Below are positions 50,966-64,000 of a stretch of DNA of 64,000 nucleotides, piece after piece. A program made the position numbers and the translations under genes. Below the pieces are notes generated by a model that saw only the letters and a program-made list of their open reading frames with translations, was not told the DNA's origin and made no database searches. The stretch's first letter is position 1. Each line of letters begins with the position of its first letter. The DNA is from Haliotis cracherodii (Eukaryota), in the NCBI RefSeq assembly GCF_022045235.1, contig NW_027266265.1:34100001-34164000 (forward strand), written 5' to 3'.

Positions 50966-52899
50966 CTGCAATACATGATCATTGCACTCTGCACACATTT
51001 AATGCAGTCAGTTACAGTATCATCAAAGTTCTTTTTGATAAAATTGTACATGTTTCTTTTCACACTTTACGTCCAAATTGACTCGGTGGATAATCGAGAT
51101 GTTCTTTGGCGTTGAGGTTTTAGATTTACAATATCGACCGGTGATTTATGAAGCTATTTTTCCATATTTTTCTTTGGGATTTACAGACTGATATGACTGA
51201 CGGAGAATGTACATACCCGCGTTCAGAAACCACATTGCAAGCAGTGTTGCCACGCCAAACGTTGTGGTGTGCAACATACTGTTTTGTTATCCTTCAACAG
51301 ATGCATATATTGTGACTTGATTTGTAATGACATTTTTGCCTTTAAAACCAATCCTACATTTGTTATCTACGAAGGCTTGACATCTGGCACAGGCGTGTCT
51401 CATCACGAAACCTGGAACGTGTTGGCATTCTATACCATTCAATTCATACCGCTATACTTTTCCAGTGAGTATGGGAGGTTGGGGGTGGGGGACTAACTGA
51501 CTTACTGACTAATGAGCTCCATTTAACGCCGCTTTGAGTAATATTTCCGTCATTTCGTGGCCTTTAAAATTATCCTCTCTCATTGTACCCGAGTCTTGTA
51601 TACCCGTGTCACTATCTGAGGCTACCATTTGATGATGATATTGTTGCTTTCTGGGGCAATTTAAATGTTAGATGCCTGCCAGTTTAACAGGTTGTCAGCG
51701 TTCTGAATGTTCTCCATGTAACGGGTATCAGCGGGTGTCTGATAGATTCAGTGTCACTGTCATTAATCTGACACACCGTGCTATGCCTCCGAAGCACAGC
51801 GTCAGACCTGAGGTGCTGACAAACCAAGCGGCCTTAACTCCAATATTAAAATGACATAACTTGACATCACTATACATGTTTTAAAAATGGTGTCGAGCCG
51901 AAATCTCGAATTCTATTTCCCCCATGATTCCATGATTCCTATGTGTGTTTTTTAAATTGTGATATAGTTTATTTTATTCTGAAACCGTGATACACCTCAC
52001 TGTTTCACTGTCCATTGTGGACAGATATCTTAAAACGACTACCTTAATTCCATCGCTACATGGCTCAAATATCGCCGATGCGATGTAATTCTTTATTTAC
52101 TGTTTATGCAAATTGTGTGAGTGGCGGGTGCTACCAGTAGGACACGCTTCCCCTTTTCACTGATGGCATCATTGATTTTCATACAATATTCACCGTTATT
52201 TTGCCTTTCACGCCTAGTGGAATCTGTTTCGGTGGATAATCGAGACTGGTTACACTCTGGCGTTGACGTTTTATGTTTACAGTGTACTCACGGGAACTAA
52301 CATTGTGTAAAAAGAGTTAAGATATGTATTTTAGAAAAAAACGTACCATGATTAACATGATCACGAAGTCAAAGATCATGACAATGTACAATATTGAAAA
52401 TATTTCAACACCGAACGATCGCCTTAAAATAATGATTCTTTGAGGTAATGTGACAATCTCACGTCTTGACCATAACATGGACGTCGGATGATGTAATTAT
52501 AAATGCCTGGCCGTTTACAGTGCTGAGTTGCGTCCCTTGGCACTTTCAAAATCCCTTGAACATGCGTTCGGAACTCATTTCAGTAATGGGAGACAAACAC
52601 ACAAATGAAGGCAGTTACATCACTAGATGTCATTAGCAGGTCTTACCCCTTTGATAAACATAATGAGAACAGATAGGATGTTGCGAGATGTCGATCATAT
52701 GTAGATTTTAACCTATACTCAGCGGATCCTGACACACGTGGTGGCATTGGTCCTGTGTACAGCGCACAAGTTTCAAATGAGGCGAAGTTAAGAAACGTCG
52801 GTCGCGGAATGCAGATGCATTAGTGACCACGTTCTGCAGCATAACGGGAGCCTTTCCAGGGCTTTGGTCCTGCCCCAAGCTGCAGCACAAGAGTGTGTG

Positions 52900-53170
52900 T
52901 GTGTGTGAGTTGGGTTTAACGCCGCTTTTTACAGTATTCCAGTTATATCACGGCGTGTCAGCTTAATGTGGGAGGAAAGCCCGAAGTGATGCAGGTCTCA
53001 GACGTTTACCACTTCGGTGAAACCCACTAGCACGGGTATGGTGCTGACAAATCCTGAAACATAATCGGGGCGAACCGGGTTCGAACCCACAATCATAGGT
53101 TTCTCGCGTGCCCAAGGGACGCAACTCTGCACAGCGAATCGCGGCGCCTTAGACGACTGCCCCCTGGCCC
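52900..53170 (-). mobile_element. SINE family 4 (long tRNA-like head)
   Basis: Reverse complement of 58513-58795; fragments at 34660-34800, 43895-44040, 11440-11570 and 36170-36290. Confidence 0.75.
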
Positions 53171-53789
53171 CTGCAGCACATGAAGCATATAGGGTGACTC
53201 CCTATGCGATAATGAGTAGGATATACCCCTCTGTTCATCCAGTCATACAAAAGGGTGCCCAGAAGGATGAGATGATGAGCGCTTTGAGCATGCGCTGAGT
53301 GTATGGAGGCAAGCGCAATATAAGTGCAAACATTATATATTGTAAGTAAAGGAAGGGACACTGCACCAAAGTCCACAGGTCAACATTTGTATACAACTCG
53401 CTGCCAATTCAGTCGCTGCCCATACCGAGTGATTCACCGATAACATCATTATGAAAGTTCTGAAGTTGCAATGTTTCCATACTGGATCCAGAATTAGCTT
53501 TTATTTTGTCTGTGTAACATGTTCAGCAAAACAAACTTCAGAAAACTCACGTTCTGACAGTTGAACCCACGTATCTGAATAATGGTATATCACCAGATCA
53601 AGCGGAAAATATGAAATCTAAATGTTCATATTTATTAATCTGCTTTCCTGAAAAAATAAATTTATCGACATTCTGAATATCAATATTGGCTGTGTGGTTA
53701 GACACTTTTGAAATATTTTGAAGTACAAGGGGTTGGACAAAGATATGACATGCACGCAGACTGTGTTTACTGCAAACAAGGGTGGTGAG

Positions 53790-55300
53790 TTTCAGTACAG
53801 GACCTGCACATTGGGGTCTGTACTGTACACTAGGGTGGTAGGCTTCATTATAGGGCCTGCACGTAGGAGTCTGGAATGTACACTAGGGTGGTGGGTTTCA
53901 ATATAGGACCCGCACATAGGGGTCTGTACTGTACACTAGGGTGGTGGGCTTCAGTATAGGACCTCAACACTGGAGTGTGTACTGTACACTAGGGTGGTGG
54001 GCTTCAATATAAGACCTGCACACTGGAGTGTTTACCGTACACTAGGGTGGTGGGCTTCAGTATAGGGCCTGCATATTGGGGTCTGTACTGTACACTAGGG
54101 TGGTGGGCTTGCATTAGGACCTGCCTATTGGGGTCTGCACTGTACACTAGGGTAGTGGGCTTCAATATAGGACCTGCATATTGGGGTCTGTACTGTACAC
54201 TAGGGTGGTGGGCTTCAATATAGGACCCGCACATAGGGGTCTGTACTGTACACTAGGGTGGTGGGCTTCAGTATAGGACCTCAACACTGGAGTGTGTACT
54301 GTACACTAGGGTGGTGGGCTTCAATATAAGACCTGCACACTGGAGTGTTTACTGTACACTAGGGTGGTGGGCTTCAATATAGGACCTGCACATAGGGGTG
54401 TGTACTGTACACTAGGGTGGAAGGCCTCAATATGGGACCTCAACACTGGAGTGTGTACTGTACACTAGGGTGGTAGGTTTCAATATAGGACCTGCACATA
54501 GGGGTGTGTACTGTACACTAGGGTTGTGGGCTTCAATATAGGACCTGCACATAGGGGTGTGTACTGTACACTAGGGTGGTGGGCTTCTATATTGGACCTG
54601 CAAACTGGAGTGTGTACTGTACACTAGGGTGGTAGGTTTCAATATAGGACCTGCACATAGGGGTGTGTACTGTACACTAGGGTGGTGGGCTTCAATATAG
54701 GACCTGCACACTGGAGTGTGTACTGTACACTAGGGTGGTGGGCTTCAATATAGGACCTGCACATAGGGGTGTGTACTGTACCCTAGGGTGGAAGGCCTCA
54801 ATATGGGACCTCAACACTGGAGTGTGTACTGTACACTAGGGTCGTGGGCCTCAATATGGGACCTCAACACTGGAGTGTGTACTGTACACTAGGGTCGTGG
54901 GCCTCAATATGGGACCTCAACACTGGAGTGTGTACTGTACACTAGGGTCGTGGGCCTCAATATGGGACCTCAACACTTGAGTGTGTACTGTACACTAGGG
55001 TCGTGGGCCTCAATATGGGACCTCAACACTTGAGTGTGTACTGTACACTAAGGTCGTGGGCCTCAATATGGGACCTCAACACTGGAGTGTGTACTGTACA
55101 CTAGGGTCGTGGGCCTCAATATGGGACCTCAACACTGGAGTGTGTACTGTACACTAGGGTCGTGGGCCTCAATATGGGACCTCAACACTGGAGTGTGTAC
55201 TGTACACTAGGGTGGTCGGTTTCAATATAGGACCTGCACATAGGGGTGTGTACTGTACACTAGGGTTGGATGTTTCGATATAGGACCTGCACTTAGGGGC
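53790..55300. repeat. 53-bp minisatellite, ~28 copies
   Basis: actgtacactagggtggtgggcttcaatataggacctgcacataggggtgtgt and variants. Confidence 0.95.
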
Positions 55301-55640
55301 GTGGTATATTCGATGGACGAATGTTTTCTTATTCGCTTTTCAACACTGGACAAGTTAGACAATTTCAGGAAGATTCTTGATTCGATCCATCTTTTGATTT
55401 CATTAACTATGGAATGGGACCATAGTAAGATTTCATTTTTGGACGTGAAAATTATAAAGGAAGGACACCTACTGAAAACGGATATTTACTACACGCATCA
55501 ATACCTACAATTCAATTTATTTCATCCGCGGCACACTAGGGTTAATATTCCATATCCAATGGCAAAGAGTGTGTGACACAAGAAACCTAAGATCAGAAGA
55601 ATTAAAAAAGCTATCTACAGTTACAAGGAAGTCGATCTGG
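55301..55640 (+). mobile_element. Penelope-like RT fragment
   Basis: DECFLI..ILDSIHLLISLTMEWDHSKISFLDVKI..LKTDIYY..THQYLQF..HPRHTRVNIPY. Confidence 0.8.
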
Positions 55641-56045
55641 AGTTGTTGAAGACACTGGAAAAATAAAAGATGTTCATTAGACTTTTGAAACCTAAACTTA
55701 ATTCAAAAGAACTATACACGTCACTAACTGTCACGTCATATGCATTATGACGACGTTTGTGCGTCGCGTATGACTACGTTGAAGTTTTCGTTAAACCTGC
55801 GAGCCGTTGGGCGGCGAAAGATTATTGACAAGCACAAATATCTGGACTGTCCAGTTCTTAAAAATATATATACATGTATTCAAGCAACGTTTAATTATTC
55901 AATTTACTCTCTGTCAGGGCTCCGGTTATATTTTTTCCAATACAAATCCCACAAATCTAGTTTTGCATTTTACGTTCCATAAACCCATAATATAAAAAAA
56001 TACAAACTGATTGGACTGTAAGTAAAATAATAAGTAAGTGTAATG

Positions 56046-56046
<1 letters not shown>

Positions 56047-56129
<83 letters not shown>
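56047..56129. repeat. (AC)n microsatellite
   Basis: ~41 AC units. Confidence 0.98.
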
Positions 56130-56130
<1 letters not shown>

Positions 56131-56668
56131 TTCCATATCAAAGGGGCCCAACACCGACCTCACTCACGTACCCACGCACTTACGAAATAGCCTTTCAGCT
56201 GTATATTTCATTTTGAAAATTCCTTTTAAAATCATAAACTTTTATGACATGCCGTATAATTTAATCTGTTCAAATCTACACGTTGCAAAGAATAGATACG
56301 AGACATCTTTTCACACTCTACATGAGTGTTTCGCAATGAAAAGCTTTGAAACACAACCGTGACTGGTTACCCATTAACTGGAAAGTGACAATGCAAACCG
56401 CAGCTTGACATTCTCGCCATAAACACAGAAACGTGCATAAACAAAGTCATTATTAGTCAGCAAATTGTCCTTTTGATATTGCTCTGTCCGGGTAGACGTG
56501 GCGACGTCATGCTAGGGAACAGGATGCATGTGCATGCTCGACTAAACGCATGGTCAAAAACAGGTACGCTGGGAGCAGGTGTCATCTCACACCCTCCCCA
56601 GCGTCTCTATATAAGGACCATGGCCTCTGTGTTCTGTGTAAGACATGAGCGATCAGCGGTCAAACATC

Positions 56669-59600
56669 ATGAAACTTCAGGTAAGTTATACAACAGCATT
56701 CTTTACGTACGGTTGGCTTCGTCGTATATTCCGCATGCTAGACTACTTTGATCTTGGGTTCGAATCCCATATCCTTAGATTTTTAGCTCTGCATCCGTGC
56801 TCGTTGATTTTACCAAACTGGTAAACGTCAAAGATCTGTACCTCTTCAGTCTTTCATCCTGCATCAAGCTGACACGCCATGATATGACGGAAATAGGGTT
56901 CAAAGTGGCGTTAAACTAATCTCATTTCTTTATGGTCCATAACTAATCGATAATTTCCTTATGATTTCACAATGATTTTGCAAATGTTTACAATGTATCT
57001 GTATTTTATAAATTATTTAAGCATGATACACGTTTGAAAAAAATAAATAAAACGTCAACGCCAGAGAATAACCAGTCAGAGAATAGTCCGATGAAATTTC
57101 ATTCGGCATAAAATGCGAAAAAGTGGTAAACAAACCAGACAATCAAGTGATTGACCAGAAATCCAGCCACACGATATCAATATCTCTATGATAGGCTATC
57201 ACCTCTTAAATGCTTTTATTTATCATACTAATTTGATATATGATGCAGGATTTTAAGGTACAGAGGCATCGAGAAAAAAGCATTCATCTTTCAGGGTTAG
57301 GATGGTGCTCTTTTATATCAGGACTGAAATTTATTTTATGTGCGCTGATAGTATCTAACCGTTGTTTTCGTATTTGAAATAAACGCCTGCTCTGGATTCA
57401 TCTGTTGTAATATGGTACATGTACGTCATGTATCGTTCAATTCAAACCGGGATCTTCACAGGGGGACTTAACAGCCAGCAGAGAGTATGGAGCAGTTTAA
57501 AACTTCGATGTCGGATAAAAATCCGAACGACTTCAGTTGTGTGGTGGTTGTGGGGGTGGATGGGCGGAAGGGGGCGCCTGTCAGTTTACCATGATGGCAT
57601 CCGACAGTGATGAACAGCATCACTCTCCAAGGTATAACGAGATAACACATACAGCCACTGATCATTAGCAGCATTTGCATCAACCTTCTCAAAGTTTATA
57701 CTGTTTCATTTTAAAATCTCATCAGGATCAGCAACCCATGCCTGCAATAAAAAGCCACTATGCTTGTCGTAAGGGGCGACTAACGGGATCGGGTGGTCAG
57801 GCTCGCTGACTTGGTTGATGCATGTCATCGTTTCCCAATTGCGTGGATCGATGCTCATGATGTCAATCACTGGATTCAATATTGCTCAGTGCGGATTTAA
57901 ACAACAAAAAATTAAATCCTCAATTAAATACAGAAGGAAATAAAAAATCCTAATTCTCGTCATAGAGTTGGGGCACTGGAGTCCTGGTTTTTTCAATATG
58001 TATTTCAGTGTACAACTTAGGCTGCTTAAACTGAGTAGTGCATTTCGTTAAATAGTCTCATGTGGCCTCTTCCACTGTATTATACGCCTCAGTGAACTCA
58101 TGCATTAGATCATCTGGGATAAGATTTACTCATGCGTTTATAGATCATCTGGGATGGTTTAGTTTAGAAATCAGATTACGTGGGTCTAAAACAAAGAGGG
58201 GCCAAAGATCATACCATTAAGATTTCATACCATAAATGTAAGGTTAGTGTCACAGCCAGAACTTTTGCCGTGCTATGTATGGATAACATTTTGCATTGTA
58301 CTATGATTTCTGTGTTTGGAAATATTTTTCGGAGGATGTTAACACTTTCACAATTATGTTTTAGAAGGGTGTGTCGTTTAAAGTATGTGCCATAACTCAA
58401 GAAATTAAATCAGTATCCGACATCGAATGTATGAACTGCTCGAGCTCCCCATGGGCCCTTGCTCCTATTCTATTGGTTCCGTTACGACCTTATGTTTTTT
58501 CTCAGGAAAGCTGGGGGCACGGGTGGCCCAGTTGTCTAAGGTGCCGCGATTCGCTGTGCAAAGTTGCGTACCTTGGGCACGCCAGAAACCTATGTATTGT
58601 GGATGGAATCCCGGTTCGCCCCAATTATGTTTCAAGGTTTGTCAGCACCATAGCCGTGATCGTGGGTTTCAACGAAGTGGTAAACGTCTGAGACCTGCAT
58701 TACTTCGGGCTTTCCTCCCACATTAAGCTGACACGCCACGATATAACTGTAATACTGTTAAAATCGGCGTAAAACCCAACTCACTCACTCACTCTCAGGT
58801 AAACTGATAATTCTAGGAGTATTTCAATGCGTTCAGGGGTAAAATTTAACCATCGCTAAACGGTATGTTTTAAGAGTGTATTTCAAATATATCCTTGGAG
58901 TGAAAGCGAGTAATATACGTTTTTAAATATACGAGTTGTAATAAAAATGTATTTTTTAACGGAATGTAAATGTATATTTATTTCATAGTATTTTTTTCAC
59001 ATCATCTGAATCAACGTTGATGACATGATATCGCTCGTGTAAGGGTGGCACATAACTATTCATAACTAATGAATGGACCCATTTCTCTGTATGACCTGGT
59101 CATATGATGCGCAGCTGTGTATGTATTTACAAGGTCATAGTTTGAAATTAACCGACAGACTACATAGATATTGATTAATCACCACAACACTCAGAACCAC
59201 TGTAGATACGACCTCAGACAGTCCAGTCGCCTTTCTGGTTTAACGTACGGTTCAAGGACGAGGAGGTCATTTGGTTCCAGTTCAGACTTTGAACACGTTC
59301 ACACATACCGGTTGACTGGTTTCGCCACAATGTACCACACAAGATTAGATCTTAGCCCTTCGATAACAGACCCGATTGTTATGTTATCGCATATATCGAT
59401 AAGGTGCCGTAGTTCGTATGGGTCACGGGGCGAGTGGAAAGGAATGCGTAATGGTTTTGACAACTGACAGGCATTACTTAAGGATAACATGAAAATAATC
59501 ATTTCGGCATCATCTCCGTTTGTTCAGTGAGTGAGTGAGTGAGTGAGTTGGGTTTAACGCCGCTTTTAACAATATTCCAGTTATATCATGGTGTTCCGTT

Positions 59601-62600
59601 TGTTCAGAGTACATAGGTGAGTGAGTGAGTGAGTGAGTGGGTGGGTGGGTTGGTGGGTGAGTGAGTGAGTGAGTGAGTGAGTGAGTGAGTGAGTGAGTGA
59701 ATGTTGTGTAAAGCCACTTTTAACAGTATTTTAGTAACTGTTATATTACGACGTCTTGGCTTTGTGTGGGAGGAAAGCACATGGACAGTTGAGTCGTGAT
59801 CCGGTTTGGTAAAAGTAACGTGATGGTAATTCTAGCTGTGGTGGTGTGGTGATGGTAGTTCTAATCTTGACTGGAACCAAAGGTCAGCTATGGCCACAAG
59901 GGGCGTAAACTACAAAGCCTCAGACGACTTTGTTCTTTGGCCAGTGAGTGAGTCTTCAAAAAGTTTGAACAGTATTCCAATTGTATAACCATCATACGTC
60001 TGCGCTTTGGATGAAAGTAAAAAGTAACAAAGGCCATTGGCGTTAATAATTTGCCAGAAACACGTGTATGTTCCTGACAGACCATTGATTATGATCAGGG
60101 GAAAGCTGGGATTCTAACTAACACGCGGATTATGGCACTTCCAATAGTGCCAAACAGCACAGCCAATTAATATGCTTTTTACTTCACAATTCCATACTGA
60201 TTAATGAACACATACTTATGATATTGATTTGTACAATGGACAATACTTTAAACAGGTTGACATCCATGTGAGATCCCTTAACATGTGACGTATAATTGTT
60301 CATTAACCTGTACTTTAGGTTCTACTTCTGGTTTTCCTGTTCACCCCTGCTGTCGTAGGCTATGACATTGATGACGTCGATGTTGATGAGGACTCAGTTG
60401 ACGTCAACGTGAGAGATAAACGCTTCATCAGGAGATACATCCTAAATTGTCCTCAACAAACTGACTTCTCACAGCCGTTCATGTTGTCCAGCAACGCCAC
60501 GGGATATCCCGAGTAAGAGGACTGGATTTGTCTATCTCACTGTAACGGGTGACGTGATGCTAATTCAGGGGTTCATGCGATATACATATTACGTTCCCGA
60601 ATTTAATTAAGTTACCCCAATGTAACTGAGGATTAATTCACTGAATCGGTAAGTGGCCGTGAGTGCCAACTTGATACCGTGATATCCTGCAGTCTCCATG
60701 ACAGTGCATGTGCCATGGTAGCTGAGATATCCTGCGAGTCTCCATTACAGTACATATGCCATGGTAGCTGAGATATCCTGCAGTCTCCATTACAGTACAT
60801 ATTCCATGGTAGCTGAGATATCCTGCAGTCTCCATGACAGTGGATATGCCATGGTAGCTGATATATCCTGCAGTCTCCATGACAGTGCATATGCCATGGT
60901 AGCTGATATATCCTGCGGTCTCCATTACAGTACATAGGCCCTGGTATCTGATATATCCTGCAGTCTCCATGACGGTGCATATGCCATGGTAGCTGAGATA
61001 TCCTGCAGTCTCCATGACAGTGCATATGCCATGGTAGCTGATATATCCTGCGGTCTCCATTACAGTACATATGCCATGGTAGCTGAGATATCCTGCAGTC
61101 TCTATTACAGTACATATGCCATGGTAGCTCATATATCCTGCAGTCTCCATGACAGTGCATATGCCATGGTAGCTGATATATCCTGCGGTCTCCATTACAG
61201 TACATATGCCATGGTAGCTGAGATATCCTGCAGTCTCCATGACGGTGCATATGCCATGGTAGCTGAGATATCCTGCAGTCTCCATTACAGTGCATATGCC
61301 ATGGTAGCTGATATATCCTGCGGTCTCCATTACAGTACATATGCCATGGTAGCTGAGATATCCTGCAGTCTCCATGACAGTGCATATGCAATGGTAGCTC
61401 ATATATCCTGCAGTCTCCATGACAGTGCATATGCCATGGTAGCTGAGATATCCTGCAGTCTCCATTACAGTACATATGTCATGGTAGCTGAGATATCCTG
61501 CAGTCTCCATGACAGTGCATATGCCATGGTAGCTGATATATCCTGCAGTCTCCAGTACTGTGCATAGGCCAAGGTAGCTCATATATCCTGCGGTCTCCAT
61601 TACAGTACATATGCCATGGTAGCTGAGATATCCTGCAGTCTCTATTACAGTACATATGCCATGGTAGCTCATATATCCTGCAGTCTCCATGACAGTGCAT
61701 ATGCCATGGTAGCTGATATATCCTGCAGTCCCCATTACAGTGCATAGGCCCTGGTATCTGATATATCCTGAGATGTATTTGTAATCTCCGTTTTGCAATT
61801 TTATGCGTCTTGATCTCCTCAATCGAGATCAGCTGAAGGTCCTGTTACAGGTCATAACTACAACTGACAAACGCATTCATTCACTTTTTACCTTCTTTGT
61901 ATTTGAATTAAGTAGTTGATTCCTGCATTTCTTTTATTGTCATCTTGATGTCTGTTTGATAGGGAAGCTATCAACAACGAAACTGCTGATGCGAACCTAA
62001 CTCCATGTCTCAGTTTATTCAACGCTTCGTCAACTGACCCCAAATTTCCAGAGGATCCTGTGTAAGTATCGTTTTGCAAATAAAGTCGAACGCAGTCGTC
62101 TCGAACTTGGATATGTCGAATCCGGTTGTGTCAAACTCACAGTCCAGTCCCGACACAATCTTACCAAATTAACCACTAGTTCAACGACAGCCGTCAAGTT
62201 TGAGTCGATAGAGCTCCTGTCCCGAAAGCGGAAGATCCGAGGTTCATACTAAATGGCGTTAAAAGATGGTACTTCTTGTTACCTTGCCTGTTGCTCGGCA
62301 TTAAGGGTAGAAAACAAGTACTGGTCAGCTATGTGTTAATATTGTGTCTGAGTGGCGTATCCATGATAAATTTAGGGGCGGTCGGGTAGCCTAGTGGTTA
62401 AAGCGTTCGCTCGTCACGCCGAAGACCTGGGTTCGATTCCCAACATGGGTACAATGTGTGAAGCCCATTTCTGGTGTCCCCCGCAGTGATATTGCTGGAA
62501 TATTGCTAAAAGCGGCTTAAAACCATACTCACTCACTCACCCATGACAAATTTAACCAAATATAATAAGAGAAGTATTATTATGCACCTACAAATTACGG

Positions 62601-63112
62601 TAGGCGTCAGCATCATGCTCGTGGGTTCACCTGCATCACTTGAACCTTTTCTCCAACATCAAGCTGACATGCCTTGATATAACTTGAATACTGTTCAAAC
62701 TGGCATTACACCCAAGTAACTCACACATTCAGTGACTACACCACAGTGTTAAGAAAAGCGAGAAGATCCCTATCCAGTGCGTATGTTTTTACGCCGCTTG
62801 TAGCAATATCACGGTGTGGGACACCAGAAATTGGCTTCACACATTTTGCCTATGTGGGGAATCGAGCCCGTCGAGCGGACGCTTAAACCACTAGACGACC
62901 CCACCACCCAGTATGCTGGTCAGTTAGAACTAGGTTGGTGATAGCTGATGTTCGCATTAACTAAACCTTGTGTGGTGTTTCAGACTGGCCAACGTGACCA
63001 AGGACCCGTGTCCAGCCGACGTGAAGGTGCTGCAGAGCTACATGGGAGATAACAACGACACATGCTGGGTCATACGGAACATCCAACCACTCATCCACTT
63101 TGCTGTCTGCCG
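56669..63112 (+). CDS. Gene G (5' part, continues beyond the window): secreted prepro-protein, possibly Spaetzle/cystine-knot cytokine-like; exons 56669-56680, 60319-60512, 62984-63112
   Basis: TATATAA 56608-56614; MKLQ | VLLLVFLFTPAVVG-YDIDDVDVDEDSVDVNVRDKR-FIRRYILNCPQQTDFSQPFMLSSNATGYPE | LANVTKDPCPADVKVLQSYMGDNNDTCWVIRNIQPLIHFAVCR; splice phases 0 and 2 are compatible; signal peptide, acidic pro-region and R-x-K-R site. The family call is tentative. Confidence 0.75.
58513..58795 (+). mobile_element. SINE family 4
   Basis: tggcccagttgtctaagg A-box-like head, degenerate B box, cggcgtaaaacccaactcactc tail. Confidence 0.75.
59527..59700. repeat. (GAGT)n microsatellite runs / SINE tails
   Basis: gtgagtgagt arrays flanking SINE 3' remnants. 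Confidence 0.85.
60680..61770. repeat. 45-bp minisatellite, ~24 copies, in intron 2 of gene G
   Basis: gccatggtagctgagatatcctgcagtctccattacagtacatat. Confidence 0.95.
62375..62540 (+). mobile_element. tRNA-derived SINE (family 1) inserted in a family-2 SINE remnant
   Basis: ggggcggtcgggtagcctagtggttaaagcg...gggttcgattccc...actcactcac; TSD ccatga(t/c)aaattta. Confidence 0.9.
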
Positions 63113-63136
63113 GTAAATTTTAGCGGTGAAATAGAG

Positions 63137-63280
63137 AATCTCACCCTCGTGTATTTCGATATCAAATATATCAACCCGAGTTGATAAAAGTGGGAAAACT
63201 CCGAGGCTTGCCGAGTATTTTTTCCACTTTTATCAACGAGTGTTGATATATTTGATATCAAAAGACATGAGGGTGAGATT
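63137..63280. repeat. Long imperfect palindrome, probably part of a non-autonomous DNA transposon
   Basis: aatctcaccctcgtgt..gatatcaaatatatcaac..gttgataaaagtgg / ccacttttatcaac..gttgatatatttgatatc..acatgagggtgagatt. Confidence 0.8.
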
Positions 63281-64000
63281 TTATTTATCATCCAAAATCA
63301 ATCTTACAACTTTTTCAGTTTGTAGACAGTAATAAGCAGTGTCTTAAGTGTAAAAAATACTGCTAACAGCTTCAGTAGCAGGGCCATTAGAAATATCATT
63401 TGATTATGACGTCATGGTAACCAATGACGTCATAATGGTCTGCAAAGCATTGTGATGCAATTGATGATATCTACAGTGTAGATATCGCTTGACCTTTCCA
63501 AGCGATATCTCCTGTGGGAGCCAGTTTTGGATGATAAATTAAATGCAGTTAAAAAGCAGTATTGTATACTCCCGTGGGAGCTGAGAATAAAATTGAATGC
63601 ACACTAATGCATTGACCGGGGTAATAATAGTTTTGTTTGTTGGTTGGTTTGTTGTTTAACCCCGCTCGCAGTGCTTGCCGGAAAAGTCACCATTTGATAT
63701 TCCTGTGAAAACTAGATATAATCTTTTTAATTACTATAGGCCTAAATATTTATATAAAAAAATCTCATCTTGCAACAGTGTAGATTTTGTGGCTGATAAT
63801 CTCTTTTCAACAGTTTGAAACATAAATAATTGTTCCAAGCAATTTCTGGGACAATTCATTGTAATCGATAAAAATCATTCCCCCCCCCCCCCCCCCCCCC
63901 CCCCCACCACCACTACCAATATCCACTTTATAATGGTCGGTCCCTTGCTGTCGAAAAAACATAACGAAGGCCATCTTTTACGATTGCCCGCTAAGAATAA

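Noticed and set aside
52346-52400. Candidate signal-peptide exon of gene F (MIFDFVIMLIM|gtacgt)
   Set aside because: Phase 0 does not match the phase-1 acceptor at 50965, and the compatible frame has a stop.
53790-55300. Regular repeat array resembling CRISPR
   Set aside because: Head-to-tail units without unique spacers, no cas genes, eukaryotic context.
55926-56163. CVCVCV ORFs
   Set aside because: (AC)n microsatellite.
60633-61822. 280-394 aa Cys-rich ORFs as real genes
   Set aside because: 45-bp tandem repeat within an intron; no promoter, signal peptide or splice support.
62375-62450. tRNA gene
   Set aside because: The tRNA-like head continues into a SINE body with tail and TSDs; multiple dispersed copies; no proper acceptor stem.

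Overview
AT-rich eukaryotic (animal) genomic DNA with GT-AG introns. The SINE types suggest a marine mollusc, possibly an abalone-like gastropod (inference). The ORF track misses most real genes because they are spliced, so I assembled them by hand. (1) 6.2-34 kb holds a tandem cluster of small secreted multi-cystine-knot (C-C-CC-C-C, ICK/knottin-type) peptide genes. There are two head-to-head pairs of double-knot genes (A/B, A'/B'), one triple-knot gene (D) and one pseudogene (C). Every knot sits on its own phase-0 exon that starts at the first Cys codon. The pairs lie in a ~13-15 kb segmental duplication. (2) 43.2-47.2 kb holds a 4-exon, 398-aa secreted protein that looks bacterial in its repeat and core domain, followed by a truncated paralog at 50.2-51.0 kb. 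(3) 56.7-63.1 kb holds the first three exons of a secreted prepro-protein (acidic pro-piece, RDKR furin site, possible Spaetzle/neurotrophin-like cystine-knot start) that runs out of the window. The rest is decayed mobile DNA (Tc1, Penelope-like, I-clade LINE, MITEs, solo LTR, several SINE families), 34-, 53- and 45-bp minisatellites, and a 285-N gap.
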